In this document: in pieces, positions 37,056 to 46,483 of the stretch
Position numbering within the stretch: the first letter of the stretch is position 1
Layout: the number at the start of each line of letters is the position of its first letter
DNA from: an uncultured Acidobacteriota bacterium
GTDB taxonomy: Bacteria > Acidobacteriota > Thermoanaerobaculia > Multivoradales > UBA5704
Direction of reading: 5' to 3'
DNA: 64,000 bases
NCBI GenBank assembly: GCA_963770895.1
Contig: CAVYRF010000002.1
Span: 3,456,001-3,520,000, forward strand
Notes under the pieces: model-generated
What the model saw: the letters and a program-made list of their open reading frames with translations, nothing else
What the model was told of the DNA's origin: nothing
The model's database searches: none
Translations under genes and position numbers: made by a program

Positions 37056-40025
37056 TCAGGATTTCGCCACATTCTTGGAAGCGTCTGCCGGGGGGCGCTC
37101 CGGGCCGGCGGCTGCCAGGCTTTCGGCTTTGCGGGCGATGAGCAGGTGGCCGGCGGCGCGGGCGTCGCGGGCCAGGGCTTGCAGGTAGGCTTTGGCGGGC
37201 TGGGGATGGCGGCGGAAGTCGATTTCCCCCTGGACCAGGCGGGCTTCCAGGACCAGGGCCAGGGCGCGGGTTTTTTCGGCTTTGGCCTGGGCGGCCTGGG
37301 CGAGGGCTTGGGCTTGGTCCAGGCGGCCGGCGGCGGCGGCGGCGCGGGCCTGGGCCAGCATGACGAAGAGGTTGGGGAGGGTCTGGTGGTTGGCGCGGAG
37401 GGCGTCGGCGGCTCGCGCGCAGTCGGCGGCGGCGGCGGCGTCCTGGTGGAGCTTGATCTCGGCCAGGGCGGCGAGGGCCAGGGCGAGGGCGCTGTTGCCG
37501 GACTCGTGGGTGAGCGCGAAGGCCTGGGCGGCCTGGCGAGCCATGGTCAGGGCTTCGGCGGGACGGCCCTGCTCGATGCGCAGCTGCGCCAGGTCGAGGC
37601 GGGACTGCGCCACGGTGTCCTGGTCGCCGAGGAGCTGGCGGCTGGCGAGGGAGGAGCTGAGGAAGCGGTCGGCTTCGCCCAGGCGGTCCTGGGCCATGAA
37701 GACCATGCCCAGGTCGTCGTCGTGCCGTGAGGTGCCGCTCGGGTCGTGCAGGGCCTGGCTGAGAGCGAGCGCCTCCTGGTAGCCGCGCAGGGCCTGGTCG
37801 AGCTTGCCGGCGGCAAACTGCGTGTCGGCGATCGAGCCGATGCAGAAGGCGGCGTACTCGCGGTCGCCGATCTGGCGGCTGATCGCCAGCGCTTCCTGCT
37901 GCATGGCCAGAGCCTTGTCGATGTCGCCTTGGTCGGCGAGGGCGTTACCGGTGGCGGAGAGCCCCCAGACGATGCCGCGGCGGTCGTTGATCTCGCGGCT
38001 CAGGGCGAGCGCCTGGCCGGCGCTGTGCAGGCACTCTTCGACGTTGCCTTGCATCCAGTCGGTGTTGGCGATGTCGCTCCAGGCGTGGGCGGCGCCCTTG
38101 CGGTTGCCGGTGCTCTGGAAGGTGGCGAGCGCCTGGCGGTAATCGGCGATGGCGCCGTCGTAGTCGCCGCGGCTCCCCTTGGCGTTGGCGATGCCGACGA
38201 GGGCTTCGGCTTCGCGGTTGGTGTCGCCCAGGCCGTGGAAGATGCGCACGGCTTCCCCCCAGGCGGCGTCGGCGTCGGCGACCTGGCCGAGATTGCCCGC
38301 CGCCGAGGCGGCGGCCAGCAGCGCCTCGCCCAGCAGCAGCGGCAGCCCGCGCGCCCGCCCCACCAGGATGGCGCGCTGGGCGGCGCCCAGCTCGTCGCGC
38401 CAATCGGAGAGCGCGGCGCTGGCGGCGGCTTCCGCCAAGTCGATGCGCGGGTCGCGGCTGGCCGCGGGCGACCGCTGGCGCAGGGAGGCGATGACGGTGA
38501 GCGCTTCCTCGGCCCGGCCGCCCGCGACCTCGGTGCGGACCAGGTTGAGGCCGTATTCCAGGTTGTCGGGAAAGAAGGCGAGGAGGGCGCGGTCGGTGTT
38601 GGCGGCAGCGGCCCAATCCTTTTGCGCTTCGGCCAGCGCCGCGGCGATCTCCAGTTGCTGCTCGCGCGTCAGCTGGTGCGACAGCGCCAGGGCCTGCCTG
38701 GCCTCGTCCACCGCCAGCTGGTCGTAGCCCAGGGTGGCGAGCGCCTGGCTCAAGGCGGCGTGGGCGAGCGGGAAGCCCGGCTCGATGGCGGCCGCCTGGG
38801 CCAGCCGGGCGCGGGCGCCCAGGGCGTCGTACTGGCGGAGCTTTTCCAGCCCCTCGGCGTAGAGGCGTGTGGCCCCTTCGCTGGCGGGCAGCGCGGCGGC
38901 GGCGGCGGCGATGCTCTGCACGGCGGCGCCTTCCAGTCCCAGCCTGGCGCGCAGCAGGTGGGCGGTTTCGTCGACCAGCAGGAAGAGGCGGTGGCTGGCG
39001 CCGGTGCGCGACACGGTGCAGAGCGTCTCTCCCGACGCGGCGCTCTGCAGCACGACGTCGAGCCGCATCTGCTCGCCGTCGGGCCCCGGCGTGGTGGCGT
39101 AGAACCCCTTGACCACGAAATCCGTCGCCAGCTGCCAGCGCGCCGCGGCCAGGGCGTCCCGCGCCAGGGCCCCCGGCTCCGGCGGCAGGGTGCGGGCGAA
39201 CCGCGCCGCTTCGGCGCCCGGCACCAGCCTGAGCTTTTCGCCGGCGGCGAGGTCGGCGCTCATCATCTCGGCCAGTGCCGTGGCCATCCACTCCGACTCG
39301 CTGTGGTGGGTGAGGTTTTCGAAGCCCAGCACCGCGACGGCGGGCCGCGACGGCAGAGGCGCCGCCGCCAGCGGCGGGGCCGCCCCGGCGCGGGCCGCCC
39401 GACCCTGGCCGTGGCCGTGGGCGCCGCCGACGGCCCACCAGACGGCGGCCGCCACGGCCAGGCAGCCGGCAGCGGCGGCCGCCGCTCTGGCACGCCATGG
39501 GCGCCGGGGACGCTGCGGCGCCGCGTCCCCGCGCCGCGGCGCCGGTTCCGCCGGTTCAGCCACTGCCGGTCCGGCTGGCTCCGCCGCCAGTTCAGCCGCC
39601 ACCGATCCAGCCGCTGCCGGTCCAGCCGCCACCGATCCCGCTGCCTCCACCGCCGGTGCAGCCGCTGCCGGGTCGGCCGGCGCCACCACCTCTGCCTGGC
39701 TGAGGTCGGTGCGCTGGACCGGCGCGACGAAGCGGTAGCCGATGCGCGTGACCGTTTCGACGAAGGTGGTGTCGGCGTCCACCTTTGCCAGGGCGCGGCG
39801 GATGAGCCACACGTTCTTGGCGAGGTTGCTCTCCTCGACGACCGTGTCCGGCCAGACCCTGGCGAACAGCTCCTCCTTGGTGACCAGGTGTCCGGCGCGT
39901 TCGACCAGGCAGAGCAGCACGTCGAAGGACCGCGGCTTGAGCGCGATCGCGGTGCCGCCGGCCAGCAGCCGGCGCTCGCGCGCTTCCAGCAGGAAGCTGC
40001 CGAAGCGGTAGCTTTCGGGATGCAC
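37056..40025 (-). CDS. Winged-HTH (OmpR/CadC-type) + TM + TolB-N-like + TPR regulator
   Basis: YRFGSF...LVTKEELFARVWPDTVVEESNL...RIGYRF, then a TM segment, VAVLGFEN and many TPRs. Start approximate. Confidence 0.88.
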   Translation of the reverse strand: MHPESYRFGSFLLEARERRLLAGGTAIALKPRSFDVLLCLVERAGHLVTKEELFARVWPDTVVEESNLAKNVWLIRRALAKVDADTTFVETVTRIGYRFVAPVQRTDLSQAEVVAPADPAAAAPAVEAAGSVAAGPAAAGSVAAELAAEPAGPAVAEPAEPAPRRGDAAPQRPRRPWRARAAAAAAGCLAVAAAVWWAVGGAHGHGQGRAARAGAAPPLAAAPLPSRPAVAVLGFENLTHHSESEWMATALAEMMSADLAAGEKLRLVPGAEAARFARTLPPEPGALARDALAAARWQLATDFVVKGFYATTPGPDGEQMRLDVVLQSAASGETLCTVSRTGASHRLFLLVDETAHLLRARLGLEGAAVQSIAAAAAALPASEGATRLYAEGLEKLRQYDALGARARLAQAAAIEPGFPLAHAALSQALATLGYDQLAVDEARQALALSHQLTREQQLEIAAALAEAQKDWAAAANTDRALLAFFPDNLEYGLNLVRTEVAGGRAEEALTVIASLRQRSPAASRDPRIDLAEAAASAALSDWRDELGAAQRAILVGRARGLPLLLGEALLAAASAAGNLGQVADADAAWGEAVRIFHGLGDTNREAEALVGIANAKGSRGDYDGAIADYRQALATFQSTGNRKGAAHAWSDIANTDWMQGNVEECLHSAGQALALSREINDRRGIVWGLSATGNALADQGDIDKALAMQQEALAISRQIGDREYAAFCIGSIADTQFAAGKLDQALRGYQEALALSQALHDPSGTSRHDDDLGMVFMAQDRLGEADRFLSSSLASRQLLGDQDTVAQSRLDLAQLRIEQGRPAEALTMARQAAQAFALTHESGNSALALALAALAEIKLHQDAAAAADCARAADALRANHQTLPNLFVMLAQARAAAAAGRLDQAQALAQAAQAKAEKTRALALVLEARLVQGEIDFRRHPQPAKAYLQALARDARAAGHLLIARKAESLAAAGPERPPADASKNVAKS

Positions 40026-40182
40026 CTCGGTCACATGCGGCGCCTCGGGGGCTGGTGAAAGTAAGAGGAAGCGGCGAAGAACGTTCGCCCAGGACAAGTC
40101 TAGCCTTCGCGTTCGATGCTCTGCAAGGCGAGCGAGATCTGCCCGCCATTTGGGCGAGGCGGTCACGCCTCAGGAGGAGAAC

Positions 40183-41436
40183 ATGCGACGAACCGCGACA
40201 GCCTTTGCGCTTCCGATGATTCTGGCCTTGACTCTGGCCCTGGCGGGCGGCTCCCGCGCGCACGCCGGCGTGCTGTACGCCGTGGGCGACCCCGGAATCA
40301 TGAAGATCGACACCAACACCGGCGCGGTGCTCGGCGTGCTGGCGGCGCAACCGCCGACTGGCGAATTCTTCAGCCACATCCTGCTCGACCGCAAGGGCGA
40401 GCTCCTGGCTCAAATCGGACCGGACGATACGGGCACCGCCGCAGCAGCCGGCCAGGTCGTGCGCATCTCTCCGCTGACCGGCGCCATCACCGGCACCTTT
40501 GTCACCGCCGGCAGCGGCGGCCTGGCCAATCCGGACGGCATGGCGTTCGGCGCGGACGGCAACCTGTACGTGCTGGACTTCGCCGAGGACAACCTCTGGG
40601 TCTTGCGCAAGTACGACGGCACCAGCGGCGCCTTCCTGGGAGTCGTCGCCAATATCGCCACCGGCTTTCTGACCGGGCCGGTCTTCGGTCCGGACGGCAC
40701 GATCTACCTGACCGACAATTCCATGGGTACCATCCGCAAGTTCGACGGCGCCACCGGCGCGCCGATCGGCTTCGTGGTGCCCGCCAACGAGGCTCCCGAC
40801 GCCTACGGCCTGACGTTCGGTCCGGACGGCAACCTGTGGGTGTCGGTGAGCGCGCCGACGCCCAGGCTGCGCGTCTATAACCCGGCCAACGGCCAGCTGG
40901 TGCGCGACGTGACGCCGATCAACTTTCCGCGCTCCAACAACCTGCAGTTTGCCGCCGACGGTTCGCTCTACATCACCACGCCGGAGGTGCCGCCCGGCGG
41001 CATCCTGAAGCTGGCTCCCGGCGCCGGCTCGGTGACGCAGCTGGTGGCGAGCAGCGTCACCATCGTGGCGGAAGCGTTGAGCCTCACCTGCAATCCGGAG
41101 GTCAACCAGGTCTGCATGCTGGACGGCAGGTTCCGTGCCGAGGTCAGCTGGCAGACCGCCGCCGGCCAGCAGGGCCAGGGCCGGCCGATCTCCTATTCGG
41201 ACGACACCAGCGAGTTCTGGTTCTTCGGTCCCGGCAATCTCGAAATGGTTGTCAAGATGATCGACGGCTGTTCGCTCAACCAGCACTATTGGATGTTCGC
41301 CGGCGGCTTGACCAACGTCGCCGTCACCTTGACCGTCACCGATACGCAGACCGGCATCGTGAAGACCTACAGCAATGCACAGAACGCGGCGTTCAAACCG
41401 ATCCAGGACACGCAGGCATTCGCCAACTGCTCCTGA
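40183..41436 (+). CDS. Secreted NHL/Vgb-like beta-propeller protein with the conserved C-terminal domain
   Basis: AGGAGG RBS, signal peptide and repeated FGPDG/FGADG blades. The C-terminus is paralogous to 1600..1947. Confidence 0.88.
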   Translation: MRRTATAFALPMILALTLALAGGSRAHAGVLYAVGDPGIMKIDTNTGAVLGVLAAQPPTGEFFSHILLDRKGELLAQIGPDDTGTAAAAGQVVRISPLTGAITGTFVTAGSGGLANPDGMAFGADGNLYVLDFAEDNLWVLRKYDGTSGAFLGVVANIATGFLTGPVFGPDGTIYLTDNSMGTIRKFDGATGAPIGFVVPANEAPDAYGLTFGPDGNLWVSVSAPTPRLRVYNPANGQLVRDVTPINFPRSNNLQFAADGSLYITTPEVPPGGILKLAPGAGSVTQLVASSVTIVAEALSLTCNPEVNQVCMLDGRFRAEVSWQTAAGQQGQGRPISYSDDTSEFWFFGPGNLEMVVKMIDGCSLNQHYWMFAGGLTNVAVTLTVTDTQTGIVKTYSNAQNAAFKPIQDTQAFANCS

Positions 41437-41464
41437 GCGCGCAGAGAAAGAATCGAGTGGAGCC

Positions 41465-41998
41465 ATGAAAGACATGCACGGTACCCTCGCCGCCTTCCTT
41501 GCCCTTGCAGGCCTGCTCGCCGCCTGTAACAGCCGTCCGGCCGTCCAGGGGAGCGGTGCGCCGTCTTCCCACGCCGGCGGGGCGGCGGCGAGCGCCGGGA
41601 CCCCCTGCGATCGCCAGCTGATCACCGCCGCCGACCTGGCCGGCATCCTCGAGTCACCGATCATCGGCAGCAAGAACCTGCAAGGAGATCCGCAGTCCTG
41701 TTCCTTCACGACCGGTAGCTTCCCGGCCGTCGAAATCAGCCTGCGGCCGACCAACGGCCGGATCACCGTCGAAACCTGGAACTCCGGCAAGATGCCGCTG
41801 GCCGCCACGCCGCTGGCCGGCGTCGGCGACCACGCCGCATGGGTGCCCAGCCTCAACGAGCTGGACGCCGAAAAGGACGACGTCCTGTGCGTCATTGGAG
41901 CGCCCGCGCCAAGCCAGCACTATCGCAACGCGCAGGCCGAGCTGCAGCAGCGCCTGGGCGCGTTGTGCAACAAGATCTTCGCCGCCAACGCCCGCTGA
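41465..41998 (+). CDS. Lipoprotein, hypothetical
   Basis: Lipobox LLAAC followed by a low-complexity linker. Confidence 0.75.
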   Translation: MKDMHGTLAAFLALAGLLAACNSRPAVQGSGAPSSHAGGAAASAGTPCDRQLITAADLAGILESPIIGSKNLQGDPQSCSFTTGSFPAVEISLRPTNGRITVETWNSGKMPLAATPLAGVGDHAAWVPSLNELDAEKDDVLCVIGAPAPSQHYRNAQAELQQRLGALCNKIFAANAR

Positions 41999-42148
41999 CG
42001 CAGTGCGGCGCGCACTGCCGCCGTGGCGGCCGGCGGCAGTGCGTTGATCGATACGGTCTCGCTCTCGCTAAAAATGATCAGTTGCGCGACGAAGCGCTGT
42101 TGTGAGGCGGTTCCTTGATATATGGTCGCGCCGCGAGAGGAGACATCC

Positions 42149-43867
42149 ATGCTGAGGAGCCGCGTACGTTTCATACCCGTGCGGAAGGCCGGCCGGCGCC
42201 CGGAGCGCCGGCGTTGCGGGTCGCTGCTGCTGGCCGCGGCCGTCGGGTTGCTGGCGGCCCGGGTGGGCGCGGCGCAGTCGATCACGATCGATGATTTTTC
42301 GACCAACCAGTCGGCCCTCACGCTGACCTACCCGCCGGCGGGGACCTCGGCTTCGTCAAGCGTCTCCGGGACGGGCATCCTGGGTGGCGAGCGCGATCTG
42401 CAGCTCAACCTGACCGGCGGCGTGATCGCCGGCAATACGGTGTCGGCCACGGTGTCCAGCGGGTTCTTCTCCTACTCCCAGGATGCCACGATCGCGGGCA
42501 GCGCCGTCGTGCAGTGGGACGGCACGGACGGCTCTCCCTCCCTGGCCCCCACCGGCCTGGGCGGCGTCGACCTGACGGTCGGCGGGGCGCAGGACGCCCT
42601 TGTGTTGTCGGTCTTCTATGACGACCTTCCCATCTCGGTCACCTTGCAGGTCTATACCGACGCGTCCCACGCCTCCCAGGCGGTGATCAGCCTGCCGGGC
42701 CTGCTCTTTTCCTCGACGTCGTTCGTCGTGCCCTACTCGGCCTTCACGCCCACGATCGGTTCGGGCGCCGACTTCACCAACGTCGGCGCGATCGTCATGC
42801 AGATGGGCTCGAAGGTCACCGCGCCGGACGTGGTGCTGGACTTCCTGCAGACCACGTCGACCCTGAGCGCGTTGCAGAGCGTCGCAATCTCCAACGACGT
42901 GAACGGCAATGGCATGGCCGACCCGGGCGACACCCTGCGCTACACGGCGATCGTGAGCAATCCGACCGACGCCGCGGGCTTTTCCGCAACCGGCGTGGCG
43001 TTTGCCAGCGCCATCGATCCTGACGTCAGCCTGGTGGTGGGCTCCGTGACCACCACGCAGGGCACCGTGACGACCGGCGACGCGGCCGGCGACGGCAGCG
43101 TCGCCGTCAACATCGGCACGATCGCCGACGGGGGCTCGGTCACCATCACGTTCGACGTCGTCATCAAGAGCCCGCTGCCGGCCGGGGTGACGCAGATCAG
43201 CGACCAGGGGAAGGTCACCAGCAGCAGTCTGTCCAACCTGCTGACCGACGACCCCTCTCAGCCTGGCGCCGCCGATCCGACCGTGATCGCGGTCGTCAGC
43301 TCTCCCGCCGTCGCCGCCACCCTGACCTACGCCCTGGCCGTCGACGCCAACCTCAACGGCAAGGTCGACCCCGGCGACACCGTCAAGTACACGGCGGTGA
43401 TCAACGACAGCGGCGACCAGAACGCGGCGGCCGTCGTCTTCGCCGCCAGCATCGACCCCAACGCCAGGCTGGTCGCTGGCTCGGTGACGACCACGGCGGG
43501 CTCGGTGACGACCGGCAACGGCGCCGGGGACGCCAGCGTCGCGGTCGCGTTGGGCACCCTGCCGGGCAACGGCGGCACCGCGACGGTGACCTTTGAGGTA
43601 CAGGTCGACGACCCGCTGCCGCCGGCCGTGACGCAGATCTCCGAGCAGGGGACGGTGATCGGCTCCAACTTCGCCTCCACGCCGACCAACGACCCCACGA
43701 CCCCGGCTCCCCTGGACGCGACGGTGACGCCGATCAACCGGGAGGCCATTGCCCAGGTGCCGACGCTGGGCGGCTGGGGCCTGCTGGCGCTCGCCGCGGC
43801 GCTGCTGGCCCTGGGCCTGCACCGGATGCGCCGCACCGCCACCCCGCACGCGCCGTATCGGAATTAG
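42149..43867 (+). CDS. Secreted DUF11-type repeat protein with an IPTL-CTERM-like sorting signal
   Basis: Two PGDTL/VxYT repeats. C-terminal VPTLGGWGLLALAAALLALGLHRMRR. Confidence 0.85.
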   Translation: MLRSRVRFIPVRKAGRRPERRRCGSLLLAAAVGLLAARVGAAQSITIDDFSTNQSALTLTYPPAGTSASSSVSGTGILGGERDLQLNLTGGVIAGNTVSATVSSGFFSYSQDATIAGSAVVQWDGTDGSPSLAPTGLGGVDLTVGGAQDALVLSVFYDDLPISVTLQVYTDASHASQAVISLPGLLFSSTSFVVPYSAFTPTIGSGADFTNVGAIVMQMGSKVTAPDVVLDFLQTTSTLSALQSVAISNDVNGNGMADPGDTLRYTAIVSNPTDAAGFSATGVAFASAIDPDVSLVVGSVTTTQGTVTTGDAAGDGSVAVNIGTIADGGSVTITFDVVIKSPLPAGVTQISDQGKVTSSSLSNLLTDDPSQPGAADPTVIAVVSSPAVAATLTYALAVDANLNGKVDPGDTVKYTAVINDSGDQNAAAVVFAASIDPNARLVAGSVTTTAGSVTTGNGAGDASVAVALGTLPGNGGTATVTFEVQVDDPLPPAVTQISEQGTVIGSNFASTPTNDPTTPAPLDATVTPINREAIAQVPTLGGWGLLALAAALLALGLHRMRRTATPHAPYRN

Positions 43868-43959
43868 CCGCGGACCGCTGGCTGGCCCCTGCCGGTGGGA
43901 TCGGCCGGCGGTGGCGAAGGGCCGGACGGTGCTACCCTGGGCGCAAAAGGAGGGTCCCC

Positions 43960-44310
43960 ATGCACCGACCAGATGCGGTGGGCCGCCGGTGGGCGGGTTG
44001 GGTAGGGCTTTGGGCGCTCGTGCTCCTGCTGGCGCCGCTTGGCGGCTGCCGGCAGCGCCCGGCTTCCGCTGGCGCGCCTGTGGGCGCCGGCGGGGATGCC
44101 CCGGCCGCCGGTAACCAGAGCGAAGCCGAGAAGACCCGCCAGATGGAGGAGAAGGCCCGGCAGCTGAACGACCAGGCGAGCGACATCAAGAACATGCAGG
44201 GCACCGAGCAGGAGAAGATCGACGCCGTGAACAAGCTCGAGCAGGAGCGCCAGGATCTCAACAAGACCGGCGGCGACGGCGGAACGCCCGCGGCGCCGCC
44301 CCCGCAGTGA
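43960..44310 (+). CDS. Small lipoprotein
   Basis: AGGAGG RBS, LGGC lipobox and a coiled-coil region. Confidence 0.7.
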   Translation: MHRPDAVGRRWAGWVGLWALVLLLAPLGGCRQRPASAGAPVGAGGDAPAAGNQSEAEKTRQMEEKARQLNDQASDIKNMQGTEQEKIDAVNKLEQERQDLNKTGGDGGTPAAPPPQ

Positions 44311-44463
44311 GTCAAAAAGGGCGCGTGAGCGTGGGCGCAGGCTCCTTGCATTCCATGGGGATTGACCTCAAACTACGCTCAGGGAGTACCCCCACCAGCG
44401 ACTCGACCCTCTAGCCTTGAGTCGACGGGTCGCCCGGGGCGCTCCACAAGGGGGACCAGGCAC

Positions 44464-46422
44464 ATGTCGAAAGGCACCATGCGGCTCCAGACTCCTCTCG
44501 TGCGGGACAACGGCGTTCTGCGGCCGGCCAGCTGGGACGAGGCTTTGGAGCGCGCTGCCCAGGGTTTTCGCGCGGCGGTGGAACGGAAGGGACCGCAGGC
44601 GTTCGGTCTCTTCAGCTGCTCGAAGACCACCAACGAGATGAACTTCATGGCACAGAAGTTCGCTCGCGTGGCTTTGGGCAGCAACAATATCGACAGCTGC
44701 AACCGTACCTGACACGCCCCCAGCGTCGTCGGTCTGGCGACGGTCTTCGGAATGGGCGGTGGGACGACCTCCTACCAGGAGATCCACGAGACGGATCTGC
44801 TCGTGCTGTGGGGCAGCAACGCCCGCGAGACGCATCCGATCTTCTTCCATCACGTCCTCAAGGGGATCCACAACGGCGCGCGGCTGTACGTCGTCGATCC
44901 GCGGCGGACCACCTCCGCCGAATGGGCGGTGGGGCACATGGCGCTCAGCGTGGGGACCGACATCGCCCTGGCCAACACCCTGGCGCGCGAGATCCTGGTC
45001 TCGGGGCTGGAAAACCGCTCGTTCATCGAAAACGCCACCAGCGGCTTCGACGAATACCGCGCCAGCATCATCGACGAATGGACCCTGGAGCGGGGCGCGG
45101 CGGTGACCGGGGTGCCGCCGGCGGCGATCCGCGACATGGCGCACGCCTACGCGCGCGCCGATCGCGCGGTGATCTGCTGGACGCTCGGCATCACCGAGCA
45201 TCACAACGCGGTCGACAACGTGCGGGCGCTGATCAACCTGGCGCTGCTCACCGGCCACGTCGGGCGCTACGGCTCCGGGCTGTCGCCTTTGCGCGGCCAG
45301 AACAACGTGCAGGGCGGCGGCGACATGGGCGCCCTGCCGGACCGCCTGGCGGGCTTCCAGCACGTCGAAAACGACGAGGTGCGCGGCCGCTTCGAGCGCG
45401 CCTGGGGAGTGCGCATCCCGCCGAAGAAGGGCTGGCACCTGAGCGGCATGTTCGACGCCATGGAGCGCGGCGACATGACGGCGCTCTACGTCATCGGCGA
45501 AAATCCGGCCAGCTCCGAGGCCGACCAGCATCGCACCGTGCGGCTGCTGTCGGGGCTCGACACGCTGGTGGTGCAGGACATGGTGATGACGCGCACGGCC
45601 GAGCTGGCCGACGTGGTGCTGCCGGCCGCCGCCGGGTGGTGCGAATCCGACGGCACGGTGACCAACAGCGAGCGGCGGGTGCAGCGGGTGCGGCGCGCCC
45701 TGCCGCCGCCGGAAGGGGTGCGCGACGACATCCAGATCATCCTTGGCCTGGCGCGGCACCTGGGATGCGACCTCGGCGACCCGACGCCGGAACAGATCTG
45801 GGACGAAGTGCGGTCGCTGAGCCCGATGCACGGCGGCATGTCGTATGCGCGGCTGGAGGGCGGCGGCCTGCAGTGGCCGTGCTACGACGACTCGCATCCG
45901 GGCGAGCTGTTCCTGCACGCGCGCCTGTGGGAGCGCCCGGTGCTCGGGCCGCGGGCGCCTTTCGGCGTCGTGATCGACGAGCCGCCGGTCGAAGAGCTGA
46001 GCGCAGAGTTCCCGCTGCGCCTGACCACCGGCCGGCGCCTGGATTCCTACAACACCGGGGTGCAGACGGGCCTTTTCGCCTCGCCGCTGCGGCGCCGCGA
46101 AACGCTCGACCTGGCGGCCGCGGATGCGCGGCGGCTGGGCATCGCCGACGGCGACATGGTGCGCATCGTGTCGCGGCGCGGCACCGTGCTGGCGCCGGCG
46201 CGCATCGATCCGGGGATGCTGGAAGGACTGGTGTTCCTGACGCTGCACTTCCCCGACCAGGTGGCGACCAACGAGCTGACGGTCGATTTTGTCGACCCGC
46301 TGTCCGGCACCTCCGAGTTCAAAGCCGCGGCGGTGCGGGTCGAGCCCGCCGGCGTGCCGCTCGCGGCAGAGGCAACCGCGGCGGCGGCCAAGCCGGCGCA
46401 CCACCTGGCGCCGGTCGGTTGA
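44464..46422 (+). CDS. fdhF: Selenocysteine-containing molybdopterin oxidoreductase (formate dehydrogenase alpha, FdhF-like)
   Basis: In-frame TGA at 44710-44712 in SCNRT-U-HAPS, plus LRGQNNVQG and RLTTGR. The two listed ORFs share one frame. Confidence 0.88.
44724..44742 (+). promoter_or_regulatory. Bacterial SECIS element
   Basis: Hairpin CGTCGTC-GGTCT-GGCGACG starting 11 nt after the UGA, as in E. coli fdhF. Confidence 0.8.
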
Positions 46423-46483
46423 GGGCTGTCGGCGCGCGGCGCGGCGGACCGCGGATCTCGAGCTGCTTGCCAGGCTGACCGGC

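Noticed and set aside
39540-39680. Short tandem repeats in the wHTH-TPR gene; also 13400-13430 and 57025-57100
   Set aside because: These are in-frame low-complexity linker expansions, with no sign of phase variation.
44710-44712. Nonsense mutation making FDH a pseudogene
   Set aside because: The position and downstream hairpin match selenocysteine recoding.
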